From Candidatus Altiarchaeales archaeon (GTDB taxonomy: Archaea > Altiarchaeota > Altiarchaeia > IMC4 > SCGC-AAA252-I15): DNA of 64,000 bases. The stretch is from positions 1 to 64,000 of the forward strand of contig WJMO01000009.1 of assembly GCA_014727915.1 (NCBI GenBank). The letters are read 5' to 3'. Within the stretch, counting starts at the first letter, position 1; the number at the start of each line of letters is the position of its first letter. Made by a program: the position numbers and the translations under genes. Below are positions 28,802-38,359 of the stretch, one piece after another. Below the pieces are notes generated by a model that was not told the origin of the DNA, did not search any database, and worked only from the letters and a program-made list of their open reading frames with translations.

Positions 28802-30157
28802 ATGGAGAAGTCCGCATATACGGGGATTATATTGGTGGTGCTGGCAATGCTGCTGCCGGCAGGAGTTGCAGAAGACGGAACAACGGCTGAAACCAACGCA
28901 ATGGCAATAGACACAATCTGGACTCTCCTTGCTGCCGTGCTGGTATTCTTCATGCAGCCCGGTTTCGCGATGGTGGAAGCGGGATTCACCAGGGCGAAGA
29001 ACACCTGCAACATCCTGATGAAGAACATAATGGACTTTGCGGCCGGGTCGATCGCATACTACATAGCCGGCTTCGGGATAATGTTCGGAGCTGGGACGGC
29101 TTTCTTCGGCGCAGAATACTTCTTCCTGAGCGGAGTATCCCCCGACTCAATGTGGGGTTCAGTGCCTACCTACGCGTTCTGGATATTCCAGGCGGTCTTC
29201 GCAGCCACGGCCGCTACGATAGTCTCAGGCGCTATGGCGGAAAGGACAAAGTTCGTATCGTACCTTGTCTACAGCTTCACATTGACAATATTGATATATC
29301 CCCTTGTGGGCCATTGGATTTGGGGTGGCGGATGGCTGTCAACAGGCGCAGTATTCGGGTTCCTGGCTGATGCGCCGCTGGTAGACTTCGCAGGCTCGAC
29401 GGTCGTGCACAGCGTCGGCGGATGGGCAGCTCTTGCGGGGGCTATCGTCCTGGGTCCGAGGGTTGGCAAGTACGTGAACGGCAAGGTCAACGTGATACCC
29501 GGCCACAACATAGCACTGGCCGCACTGGGCGGTTTCATCCTGTGGTTCGGATGGTTCGGATTCAACGCGGGCAGCACCGTCGCAGGCACAGATCTCAGCA
29601 TAGCCACGATAGCGGTAACAACCAATCTTGCGGCTGCGGCGGGGGCCATAACAGCCATGTTCACCATATGGGCTCTTGCAGGCAAACCCGACGTGAGCAT
29701 GACCATAAACGGGTTCCTGGCAGGCCTGGTCGGCATAACCGCGGGTTGTGCGTCGGTAAGCCCGTTGAGCGCATTAATCATAGGTGCTGTGGCTGGCGTC
29801 ATCGTGGTTTTCGCTGTGGAGTTCGTGGACAAGTTCCTTAGGGTGGATGACCCGGTCGGCGCCGTCAGCGTGCACGGAGTATGCGGCGCGTTCGGGACGC
29901 TTGCAGTGGGTGTATTCGCGGAGGAAGCTTATGGTGGCGTTAACGGGCTCCTGTTCGGCGGCGGTGTCACACAGCTGATATCCCAGGCAGTTGGGGTCGT
30001 TTCGGTGTTCCTCTTCGTGTTCCCCGTGGCCTTTTTGATGTTCAAGGTCATCGACTTGACCCTAGGGTTGCGCGTTTCCGAGCACGAGGAAGTGACCGGG
30101 TTGGACATCGGCGAGCACGGTATGTTCGCATACCCGGACTTTGATGTTCCGGCATAA
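28802..30157 (+). CDS. amtB: Ammonium transporter, copy 1
   Basis: FFMQPGFAMVEAG, DFAGSTVVH, WFGWFGFNAGS, DDPVGAVSVHG. Confidence 0.97.
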   Translation: MEKSAYTGIILVVLAMLLPAGVAEDGTTAETNAMAIDTIWTLLAAVLVFFMQPGFAMVEAGFTRAKNTCNILMKNIMDFAAGSIAYYIAGFGIMFGAGTAFFGAEYFFLSGVSPDSMWGSVPTYAFWIFQAVFAATAATIVSGAMAERTKFVSYLVYSFTLTILIYPLVGHWIWGGGWLSTGAVFGFLADAPLVDFAGSTVVHSVGGWAALAGAIVLGPRVGKYVNGKVNVIPGHNIALAALGGFILWFGWFGFNAGSTVAGTDLSIATIAVTTNLAAAAGAITAMFTIWALAGKPDVSMTINGFLAGLVGITAGCASVSPLSALIIGAVAGVIVVFAVEFVDKFLRVDDPVGAVSVHGVCGAFGTLAVGVFAEEAYGGVNGLLFGGGVTQLISQAVGVVSVFLFVFPVAFLMFKVIDLTLGLRVSEHEEVTGLDIGEHGMFAYPDFDVPA

Positions 30158-30172
30158 TGGGAGGTGAAAAAT

Positions 30173-30547
30173 ATGAAGTTGATAGTTGCGTACATAAAGC
30201 CAGAGGTTTTGGAGTCGGTTAAGAGGGAGTTGGACAAGCATGAGGTCCATCGGATGAGCGTGTCTAGGGCGAAGGGCTGTGGCGTGTCGAAGGGGTATGT
30301 GGAGAGCTACAGGGGCTCCAAGAAGGAGATAAACTTGCTCCCGAAGGTGCGGTTGGAGATAGCGGTGAATGACGATTTCGTCGACACGACCGTGAAGGCG
30401 ATAATCTCTGCTGCCAGGACCGACGAGATAGGGGACGGGAAGATATTCGTGCTGCCCCTCGAGGACTGTATACGCATAAGGACCGGTGAGACTGGCCCGG
30501 ATGCGATAGGGGGAGATAGCGTCCATGTCAAGAAGAAGGGCGAATAG
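30173..30547 (+). CDS. glnK: P-II nitrogen regulator, copy 1
   Basis: YRG..LLPKV, TDEIGDGKIFV, IRIRTGE; GGAGGTG SD. Confidence 0.93.
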   Translation: MKLIVAYIKPEVLESVKRELDKHEVHRMSVSRAKGCGVSKGYVESYRGSKKEINLLPKVRLEIAVNDDFVDTTVKAIISAARTDEIGDGKIFVLPLEDCIRIRTGETGPDAIGGDSVHVKKKGE

Positions 30548-30557
30548 CCCGTCATCG

Positions 30558-30590
30558 GGGTGTCTGCCCACACCCTCCTCTTTCTTTTTT
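30558..30590 (+). terminator. Hairpin + T-tract terminator after glnK1
   Basis: GGGTGT-N6-ACACCC followed by tcctctttctttttt. Confidence 0.55.
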
Positions 30591-30740
30591 GAAGATCGGA
30601 AAGCATCACACTTTCATTCTGAAAATATTTTACAATAAATAGAAACATTTTTATATATATCTTCAATATACCTAATCATATTTGAAAAATTCAACAAAAA
30701 TATATAAAAAATATGAGAATTGTAATTTGAGGTGTTGTAA

Positions 30741-32054
30741 GTGAAGAAACTCGAGGTTTTAACGGTTTTTCTGGTGCTCATGGCATCAGCTTCTGCGGAA
30801 GACGGAACGTCAGTCAACGCCGGCGACACGGCCTGGGTGCTCATCGCATCGGCGCTTGTGCTGCTGATGACCCCCGGCGTAGGATTCTTCTACGGGGGGA
30901 TGGTAAGGAAGAAGAACGTGCTGGCGATACTGACGCAGAGCGTCATAATAGCGGCGCTGATAAGCGTCCAATGGGTGCTCATCGGATACTCGCTGTCATT
31001 CGGCCCGGACATCGGCGGAGTGATAGGGAACCTGGACTACATGGGACTTTCCGGCGTGGGAATGCAACCCAACCCAACATACAGTGAGACCATACCCGAA
31101 CTGGCATTCATGATATTCCAGGCGATGTTCGCGATAATAACCCCTGCGCTTATAATCGGCGCCTTCGCCGACCGGATGAAATTCTCCACATTCCTCGTGT
31201 TCACCCTGCTCTGGGCGACGGTCGTATACGACCCGATAGCTCACTGGGTGTGGGGATCCGGAGGATGGATAGGCGAGATGGGCGCGTTGGACTTCGCGGG
31301 CGGAACAGTAGTGCACATATCCGCTGGAGTTGCCGCGCTCGCGGCAGCCCTGCTCATAGGCCGCAGGATAGGATTGGACAACGGCAGCCACCCGGCACCC
31401 CACAACATAACTATGACCGTGCTCGGAGCAGCGCTGCTGTGGTTCGGCTGGTTCGGCTTCAACGCCGGGAGCTCTCTGGCTGCGGACGGCCTGGCCGCGC
31501 ACGCTTTCGTGGTTACCAACACCGCAGCAGCAGCGGCCGCGCTATCTTGGATGATTGTAAGCTGGGTTCACATGAAGAAGCCGAGCAGCATGGGCATTGT
31601 CACTGGAGCAGTATGCGGACTGGTCGCGATAACGCCCGCAGCAGGCTTCGTAAGCCCCATGGCATCCATTGCCATAGGCGCGATCGCAGGTGCCGTATGC
31701 TACCTGGTGATAGTTTTTGTGAAGAACAAGACCAGAATAGACGACGCTCTTGATGTGATGGCATGCCACGGCATGGGGGGCATAATCGGGGCCTTGCTGA
31801 CTGGCGTGTTCGCGCAGACGGCCATAAACCCCGGCGGAGCGGACGGCCTGCTGTCAGGCAATCCTGGGCTCCTCTACACCCAGGCCATAACGGTAGTGGC
31901 GACCATGGCCTACTCATTCATGATGACTGCCATAATACTGAAGGTCTTGGACGTGGTTATGGGAGTCAGAGTAAGGAAAGAGGAGGAGATAGTGGGGTTG
32001 GACCTCACGCAACACGGGGAGGAAGCCTATCCTGAGATGGAGATACCAAGCTAA
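30741..32054 (+). CDS. amtB: Ammonium transporter, copy 2
   Basis: LLMTPGVGFFYGG, DFAGGTVVH, WFGWFGFNAGS, DDALDVMACHG. Confidence 0.97.
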   Translation: MKKLEVLTVFLVLMASASAEDGTSVNAGDTAWVLIASALVLLMTPGVGFFYGGMVRKKNVLAILTQSVIIAALISVQWVLIGYSLSFGPDIGGVIGNLDYMGLSGVGMQPNPTYSETIPELAFMIFQAMFAIITPALIIGAFADRMKFSTFLVFTLLWATVVYDPIAHWVWGSGGWIGEMGALDFAGGTVVHISAGVAALAAALLIGRRIGLDNGSHPAPHNITMTVLGAALLWFGWFGFNAGSSLAADGLAAHAFVVTNTAAAAAALSWMIVSWVHMKKPSSMGIVTGAVCGLVAITPAAGFVSPMASIAIGAIAGAVCYLVIVFVKNKTRIDDALDVMACHGMGGIIGALLTGVFAQTAINPGGADGLLSGNPGLLYTQAITVVATMAYSFMMTAIILKVLDVVMGVRVRKEEEIVGLDLTQHGEEAYPEMEIPS

Positions 32055-32068
32055 TGGAGGTGATGGAT

Positions 32069-32410
32069 ATGAAGTTGATAATGGCTTACATACAGCCAGA
32101 ACGGTTCAAGGAAGTGAAGAAGGAACTATACAAGGCGGACGTCAAGAAGATGTCCGTGGTGAAAGTCAGGGGATGCGGTCAGCAGATGGGCTTCACAGAG
32201 GTCTTCAGGGGGGCGAGCCAGGAGGTCAACCTGCTGCCTAAGATCCGCATAGACATCGCAGTGAACGAGGACTTCGTCGAACCCACCATCGAGGCCATAA
32301 TGAAGGGCGCGAGGACCGGCGAAGTCGGCGACGGGAAGATATTCGTCGTCACATTGGCCGAGTGCGTGAGGATACGGACCGGAGAAAGAGGAGGCAAAGC
32401 CATAGGATGA
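32069..32410 (+). CDS. glnK: P-II nitrogen regulator, copy 2
   Basis: GCGQQ, LLPKI, TGEVGDGKIFV, VRIRTGE. Confidence 0.95.
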   Translation: MKLIMAYIQPERFKEVKKELYKADVKKMSVVKVRGCGQQMGFTEVFRGASQEVNLLPKIRIDIAVNEDFVEPTIEAIMKGARTGEVGDGKIFVVTLAECVRIRTGERGGKAIG

Positions 32411-32643
32411 AAGAAATGGAGAAGTTCAAGGTCGAAGACAAGGGCCTGTTGGATGAGCTGAAGTTCTGGGGTCTCAAAGAGGATGAGATACTCAGGGAAT
32501 CCCTTGAGTACATCATGTGGGCGACCATAAGGCGCAGGACCGACAATCGCTGCAGGACATGCAAGAAGGTGGTCAAATCCACGGTTCCCCCGGAGATGCA
32601 GGTCAAGAACAGCTACCCCGACGGATTCTGCGAATGCGATTGA
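32407..32643 (+). CDS. Small putative Zn-ribbon protein coupled to glnK2
   Basis: ATGA overlap with glnK2 stop; CRTC...CEC. Confidence 0.65.
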   Translation: MKEMEKFKVEDKGLLDELKFWGLKEDEILRESLEYIMWATIRRRTDNRCRTCKKVVKSTVPPEMQVKNSYPDGFCECD

Positions 32644-32743
32644 AGACGCGTGTTCTGGGGGGATGGCATGGGTGCAGCGTCGTAATCCTGCGCTCTAAAC
32701 CCAGTGGTTACATTTTTATACTGGATATTCCATACTTCATAGG

Positions 32744-33151
32744 ATGAAGAAGGATGAGCCTATGTCTGCGGAGGAGTTCTGCCCCATACGGCAGACGATA
32801 AAGCTTTTGGGGAAACGGTGGACCATACTAATAGTGAAGGAGATATACTTTGGGAAGGGCAGGAAGCTGGGTTTCATGGAGCTGCGCAGGAGGCTTCCCG
32901 ACGTGAGCACCAAGGTATTGTCAGAGCGTCTAAAGGAGATGGCGGAGGCGAAGCTGGTTCGCAGGAAAGAGCATAGGGACTCCAAGCCTGTGCGGGTCAC
33001 CTACACACTCACGGATAAGGGAAAGGACGCGTGCGAAATACTCAAAGTCTTCAAGGGCTACGGCCTTAAATGGGGGGGCAAGGACACATTCAACTGCGGC
33101 GACATAGACTGCGAATTGTGCCCCCGAAGATCGGAGAACGAAGAAGACTAG
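32744..33151 (+). CDS. HxlR-family winged-helix regulator with C-terminal Cys cluster
   Basis: CPI..TIKLLGKRWTILI, LSERLKEM, VTYTLTDKG; CGDIDCELC tail. Confidence 0.9.
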   Translation: MKKDEPMSAEEFCPIRQTIKLLGKRWTILIVKEIYFGKGRKLGFMELRRRLPDVSTKVLSERLKEMAEAKLVRRKEHRDSKPVRVTYTLTDKGKDACEILKVFKGYGLKWGGKDTFNCGDIDCELCPRRSENEED

Positions 33152-33570
33152 TGCTGCTCTGGCTCTGGGGCCAGCTTCATCTTAAGAGCTAGGAAAGCCA
33201 TCGCAGCCACCCCATACATCAGGAGTACGAGCTCTGGCGGGTCGACGAATCTACCTACTATCCTGACCACCGCATATATTATGGCTACCATGCCGGTCAT
33301 CAGAATCACGGCTTCGACGATGGCTTCGAAGAAGGCCTTTTTCACTGCATAGCCCGTCCTGACGGCCTCCTCCCTTATCTCATCGACCCGTTCGGCGGTC
33401 TCCTCCTTTATCTCCTCGACCTTCTCTTCGACCTGGTACCTCTGGGCGAAGTATTTCATGAGGAATCCGCCAACCCCTTCAGCCACTTCAAGGGCCGAAC
33501 CAAGAGGCACGCCTCCCAGCGGGCTTGACGCCTTTTTCCTCTTCCTCTTGGTTTTGCCCTTAGGAGCCAT
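33148..33570 (-). CDS. Two-TM membrane protein with coiled-coil N-terminus (YqjE/holin-like topology)
   Basis: Glu-rich helix followed by two TMs; 6 nt downstream of the H1-like gene. Confidence 0.6.
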   Translation of the reverse strand: MAPKGKTKRKRKKASSPLGGVPLGSALEVAEGVGGFLMKYFAQRYQVEEKVEEIKEETAERVDEIREEAVRTGYAVKKAFFEAIVEAVILMTGMVAIIYAVVRIVGRFVDPPELVLLMYGVAAMAFLALKMKLAPEPEQH

Positions 33571-33576
33571 ATCTGT

Positions 33577-34200
33577 CTATCTTTTCTTGAGCATTGACAT
33601 CAGGAACGCTCCGGCCATGGCTCCTACCGCGGTAACGGCTACGGCAGCGCCTGCTGGGTTCTTCCTGACCTCTTTTTCGATCTGTTTTTGAGCCTTAGCA
33701 ACGTCTTTCTTGACTATTCTCTCGTATTTCTTGGATTCTTTCTTCCAGTCCTTCCCGGACATGTTGACCGCCTTCCTGTAGTTGGCTAGCATCTGCTTCT
33801 CAGCATTCTTCACAGCACCCTCTATCTGCCTTACCTGCTTTTTGCTAAGCATAGGCGAGGATCTTCTCCTCGCCGTTTTCCGCTTAGCCTTTTTCTTGGC
33901 CGGCTTCTTCTTCACGGTCCTTTTTTTGGCTTTTTTCTTGGCCGGCTTCTTCTTCACGGTCCTTTTTTTGGCTTTTTTCTTGGTTGTTCTCTTTTTGGCC
34001 GTCTTTTTCTTTTTGGCTGCTTTTTTCTTTACTGTTCTTCTTTTCGCAGTCTTCTTCTTGGTTGTCCTTTTCTTGGCCTTTTTCTTGGCCGGCTTCTTCC
34101 TTGCTGTTCTCTTCTTCGTCGCTTTCCTCTTGGCTGTCTTCTTCTTCGAACTCTTCCTCTTTACCCCTTTAGCCTTCCTTTTCGCTTTCTTCTTTGCCAT
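33577..34200 (-). CDS. Histone H1-like Lys/Ala-rich protein with DUF883/YqjD-like C-terminal membrane anchor
   Basis: ~110 aa of KKKAKKRT-type repeats; C-terminus VRKNPAGAAVAVTAVGAMAGAFLMSMLKKR; GAGGTG SD. Confidence 0.75.
   Translation of the reverse strand: MAKKKAKRKAKGVKRKSSKKKTAKRKATKKRTARKKPAKKKAKKRTTKKKTAKRRTVKKKAAKKKKTAKKRTTKKKAKKRTVKKKPAKKKAKKRTVKKKPAKKKAKRKTARRRSSPMLSKKQVRQIEGAVKNAEKQMLANYRKAVNMSGKDWKKESKKYERIVKKDVAKAQKQIEKEVRKNPAGAAVAVTAVGAMAGAFLMSMLKKR
33891..33983. repeat. 42-bp tandem repeat (~2.2 copies) in the H1-like gene
   Basis: Unit ttttcttggccggcttcttcttcacggtcctttttttggctt encoding a 14-aa KAKKRTVKKKPAKK repeat. Confidence 0.85.
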
Positions 34201-34246
34201 ATAGTTCACCTCGCTGTAATAGAATTAAATAGAATCGAATAAAAAC

Positions 34247-34771
34247 CTATTCTGCGGAAATAATTGCTCTGTCTCTGCCGCCGTCGACTTCACGGAGCTT
34301 TATTTTTATCTTCTCCTTCACCGATGTCAGCACAACCGACCCTACATAGTCTGCCGTTATCGGGAGCTCCCGGTGTCCCCGGTCAACCAACACCGCGGTT
34401 TTTATGCTCTTGGGCCTCCCTACCTGTGTGAGCGCGTCCATTGCAGCCCTGATGGTTCTCCCGGTTGACATGACGTCATCGACCAGGACCACGTTCCTGC
34501 CGTTTATGTCGAATGGGATGTCTGTCAGGTCCTCTTCCAGGTCTTCTGTGACATCGTCCCGGTAGGGTCTCGTGTCGAGGGAGCCTACGCCCACGTTATT
34601 CCCGGATTCCTTCTTTATCCTGTTCTTCAGCCTTTTGGCCAGGGTGACTCCCCTGGTGATTATGCCGACGAGGACCAGGTCCTCCGGGTTCTCGCCTTCC
34701 AGTATCTGCTCCAGGAGCTTGTCCTCCGCCTCCTTTACCTCGTCTTCCCCCATGATCTGCGCTGTGTTCAT
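34247..34771 (-). CDS. pyrR: PyrR-like phosphoribosyltransferase
   Basis: LVGIITRG, YRDD, VLVDDVMSTGRTIRAAMDAL, DRGHRELPITADYVG. Confidence 0.88.
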   Translation of the reverse strand: MNTAQIMGEDEVKEAEDKLLEQILEGENPEDLVLVGIITRGVTLAKRLKNRIKKESGNNVGVGSLDTRPYRDDVTEDLEEDLTDIPFDINGRNVVLVDDVMSTGRTIRAAMDALTQVGRPKSIKTAVLVDRGHRELPITADYVGSVVLTSVKEKIKIKLREVDGGRDRAIISAE

Positions 34772-35406
34772 CTTCTTGTCTTTCGTATGAGGCTCCTGAC
34801 CACATCTACCGCCTTAAGCGAGTCCTTCTTGTCGACTATGATGATGGTGTTGTCGTAGCTTGAAGTTACCTCTATCAAGTTTATCTTGTTCCCGCCGAGC
34901 GACATCATCAGCTGGGCTATGACGCCTGGCGTGTCGACGATGTCCTCCGGGCTGGCTATTATTATCGCGCTTAGGTTGCTTATCTTCTTTAGCAGGTCCT
35001 CCCTTTTATACTTCACGCTCTCAATACCTCGGTCGTCGACCATCAGGGTGGTGGTGCCTATTCCCTGTATCCTGACGTAGAAGCAGTCTTTACACTCCTC
35101 CGGCTCTTTGAGCTCTGGGTTCCCTCTCAAGTAGAGAATGTTTATGTCGTCGAGCATCTGCAATCTGCTCTTCCCGAATATGTCGTTGTATTTCGTGTCC
35201 TCATCCTCATGTATCCTCGATCCGATCCGCTGAAGCGTCACTGCTATGGTGCTCACTTTCGTGTTGTATCCTGTCAGCCGGCTCACGTCCTTTTGGATGT
35301 GCTGTGCGAGCCTTCGGTTGTTGGTTATCCCCATGCGCAGGGCATCGTATACTCTCATGTCGGTCTTTATGGCTTCCTCCACTGCAGACGCCACGCTAGC
35401 CATCAT
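34768..35406 (-). CDS. Archaeal ACT-domain putative amino-acid-responsive regulator
   Basis: N-terminal HTH-like DALRMGITN..LA; C-terminal TPGVIAQL...NKINLIEVTSSY ACT domain. Confidence 0.75.
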   Translation of the reverse strand: MMASVASAVEEAIKTDMRVYDALRMGITNNRRLAQHIQKDVSRLTGYNTKVSTIAVTLQRIGSRIHEDEDTKYNDIFGKSRLQMLDDINILYLRGNPELKEPEECKDCFYVRIQGIGTTTLMVDDRGIESVKYKREDLLKKISNLSAIIIASPEDIVDTPGVIAQLMMSLGGNKINLIEVTSSYDNTIIIVDKKDSLKAVDVVRSLIRKTRR

Positions 35407-35508
35407 ACACTATTGTATTATATTTAAATATTATTTAAATATTGTTTTAAATAAAACAAATGGTTTTATTTTTGTAACATTATATGTGTATGTGGAGGAT
35501 ACACTAAA

Positions 35509-36801
35509 ATGGAACTGGAAGAGATACTCAAAAAGATAGAGGAAACACCCAAACCAAAGGTCAAGAAGGCATGCATCGCATACTCCGGAGGCCTTGACTC
35601 CTGCCTCGGAGTCGAGTTCCTGCGCAAGGTATACGGCGCAGAGGAGATCGTGGCAGTAACACTGGACGTCGGACAGGGAGAGGAGGAGATTAAGGACGCG
35701 GACGAGAAAGCCAAGAAACTGGGTATCGACCCGATACTCATAGACATCAAGGACGAGTTCACGGAAGTGTGGATGTCCAAGGCGATACAGGCGAACAGCG
35801 ACTACAACGGATATCCGGTGTCGACTTCGATGACACGCCAGCTGGTAGCGGCGGTGGTCGCGGAGCAGGCGGTCAAACACGGCTGCGACTCCATACTCGA
35901 AGGCTGCACCGGGAAGGGCAACGACCAGTACAGGATGCACAACGTTATCAAGTTCTTCGCACCCGACATAGAGATACTGCAACCGGTGAGGGACTTCGAC
36001 CTCACCCGACTAGAGGAGAACGCTCTGGTGGAGGCCTGGGACATACCGGTCAACGAGCAGGTGACCGGCGGAGACGACAAGACCCTGTGGTGCCGCTCAA
36101 TAGCATCCGGCGCCGTTGACCTGAACCAGCCGCTGCCCGATGACATCTGGATGTGGCTGGTGCCTCCGGAGAAGGCGCCCGACAAGCCGACTATCGTCGA
36201 GCTGGAGTTCGAGAGGGGCGTTCCCGTGGCCATGGACGGAAAGCATATGAAGCTCGGCGACCTGGTCATGGAGTTGAACGTCATAGCAGGGAAGAACGGA
36301 GTGGGTAAGATAGACATGTTTGAGGACGGGATAATGAACATGAAGAGCCGCGAGATATACGAGGCCCCCGCCGCACACGTGATACTCAAGCTTCACCGTG
36401 ACCTGGAGCAGTGGTGCCTCAGCAAGGACGAGATACAGTTCAAGAAGTCAGTGGATTCCAAATGGGCTTACCTCGTATACCACGGCCAATGGTATCACCC
36501 GCTCAAGGACGACCTCGACGCGTTCATATCCAAGAGCCAGGAGTGGGTGAACGGCAGATACAAGGCGAAGCTTTACAAGGGCAACATCGACATCATCGAG
36601 CGCCACTCCGACACGGGACTGTTCAGCCCTGAGATGCGGTCAATAAAGACCCGTGGATTCGACCAGCGCTGGGCGGTCGGTTCGACAAAGGTGGAGACCC
36701 TCCAATGGATGATAATGGCCAAGGCGGGGCGGAAGCCCCAGCCCAAGGTCGAGATCAAGAAGGACCTGAAGAAGGCGGAGAAGGTGAAGGCCAGGAAGTA
36801 G
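35509..36801 (+). CDS. argG: Argininosuccinate synthase-like protein (divergent paralog)
   Basis: AYSGGLDS PP-loop, GCTGKGNDQYR, KSREIYEAP; citrulline-site motifs altered. Confidence 0.8.
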   Translation: MELEEILKKIEETPKPKVKKACIAYSGGLDSCLGVEFLRKVYGAEEIVAVTLDVGQGEEEIKDADEKAKKLGIDPILIDIKDEFTEVWMSKAIQANSDYNGYPVSTSMTRQLVAAVVAEQAVKHGCDSILEGCTGKGNDQYRMHNVIKFFAPDIEILQPVRDFDLTRLEENALVEAWDIPVNEQVTGGDDKTLWCRSIASGAVDLNQPLPDDIWMWLVPPEKAPDKPTIVELEFERGVPVAMDGKHMKLGDLVMELNVIAGKNGVGKIDMFEDGIMNMKSREIYEAPAAHVILKLHRDLEQWCLSKDEIQFKKSVDSKWAYLVYHGQWYHPLKDDLDAFISKSQEWVNGRYKAKLYKGNIDIIERHSDTGLFSPEMRSIKTRGFDQRWAVGSTKVETLQWMIMAKAGRKPQPKVEIKKDLKKAEKVKARK

Positions 36802-36853
36802 ATTCCTGCCACTTCCCTCATTTATTTTAGGAAATCGAATAGGTTAGGGTACG

Positions 36854-38359
36854 ATGGCGAAGCTATGGGGAGGACGGTTCGAAAAGGACCTCACGGAGAG
36901 CACCGAGGACTATCTCCAGTCCATAGAGGTGGACAAGGAGATGGTATTGGAAGACATCTGGGGTAGCCAGGCCCATGCAATAATGCTCTCCAAGCAGGAC
37001 ATCATCTCCAACAAGGATTTGAAGGAGATCCTCCACTGGCTTGAAAAGGCGAAGAAGGACTACTTGAGCGGGAAGCTGGTCTTAAGCAAGCAGGACGAGG
37101 ACGTTCACATGAACGTCGAGAAATACCTCATCCGGGGGGCCGGCCCCGAATACGGGGGGAAGCTCCACACTGCTCGAAGCCGGAATGACCAGGTATTGAC
37201 GGATGCGAAACTCCACATACGGCACAAGATACTCGACATAAAGAAGAAGATATTGAGCCTGCAGAATGTCTTCATAGAACTTGCCGAGGAAAACCTCGAG
37301 ACTCCTGTTCCAGGCTACACGCACACCCAGGACGCTCAGCCGATAACATTGGCCTACTGGGCTACCGCCTATGTGAGCGCTTTCATGCGGGACCTCAAGC
37401 GTCTCGACCACGCCTACGCGAACGTAGACACCAACCCGCTGGGCTCGTGCGCTCTTGCAGGGACTTCATTTCCCATAGACCGCCGCATGACCGCGAAGCT
37501 TTTGGGGTTCACCGAGGTCCACAAGCACAGCCTGGATGTCATATCAAGCCGGGACTTCATAGCTGAGACATTGTGCGCGCTGACGATACACATGAGCAAC
37601 CTGAGCAAGCTCGCGGAGGAGATGGTCTACTGGAGCACCTACGAGTTCGGCATACTCGAGTTGGACGACAGCTACACCGCAGGCTCATCCATCATGCCCC
37701 AGAAGAAGAACCCCTGCGTGGCTGAGCTGACCCGCGGCCGGACTGGCCGAGTCTACGGAGCTCTAATGCAGCTGCTCACCATGATGAAGGGCATACCCAT
37801 GGGCTACAACCGTGACCTACAGGAGGACAAGCCACCCCTGTGGAACGCCTTCGACATCGTGGGCAAAACGCTCGACGTCACCATCGGGATGATAGACACC
37901 ATGAAAGTCAACGAGGAGCGGCTCGCTGAACTGTCCGGGGCGAACTTCACGACTGCCACGGAGCTGGCTAACCACCTGGTCCGGGAGCACGGGCTCAGCT
38001 TCCGTGAATGCCATCATATAGTCGGGAGCCTGGTGGGAGAGCTCCACCGGAAGGGGAAGAACTTCATGGACTTCGACGAAGTCGACAAGATACTGTCCGG
38101 TCAGGGAGTTAAGGTCAGCTTCGACGAGATGCGCAACATCTTCGACCCGCGCAAGAACATTCACACCTACAAGAGCCTCGGCAGCACCTCCCCCCGGGAG
38201 GTCTCCAAGATGATTCGGGAGTTCAAGAAACAGATGGACTCTAACATAAGACGCATAAAGTCCCAGGAGGAGCGTATTGAGTCCGCGCAGAAGCTCACGG
38301 AGAGCATAGTCTCGAAGGTGCTTGAAGGAAAGGACATAGGGGGGATAAAGATAAAATGA
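36854..38359 (+). CDS. argH: Argininosuccinate lyase
   Basis: [33 protein letters not shown]. Confidence 0.96.
   Translation: MAKLWGGRFEKDLTESTEDYLQSIEVDKEMVLEDIWGSQAHAIMLSKQDIISNKDLKEILHWLEKAKKDYLSGKLVLSKQDEDVHMNVEKYLIRGAGPEYGGKLHTARSRNDQVLTDAKLHIRHKILDIKKKILSLQNVFIELAEENLETPVPGYTHTQDAQPITLAYWATAYVSAFMRDLKRLDHAYANVDTNPLGSCALAGTSFPIDRRMTAKLLGFTEVHKHSLDVISSRDFIAETLCALTIHMSNLSKLAEEMVYWSTYEFGILELDDSYTAGSSIMPQKKNPCVAELTRGRTGRVYGALMQLLTMMKGIPMGYNRDLQEDKPPLWNAFDIVGKTLDVTIGMIDTMKVNEERLAELSGANFTTATELANHLVREHGLSFRECHHIVGSLVGELHRKGKNFMDFDEVDKILSGQGVKVSFDEMRNIFDPRKNIHTYKSLGSTSPREVSKMIREFKKQMDSNIRRIKSQEERIESAQKLTESIVSKVLEGKDIGGIKIK

Noticed and set aside
33782-34204. Phe/Leu-rich apparent membrane ORF
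   Set aside because: Antisense reading of the Lys-rich H1-like gene.
35421-35453. Three TTTAAATA repeats as a novel operator
   Set aside because: Adequately explained as TATA elements of a divergent promoter in AT-rich DNA.
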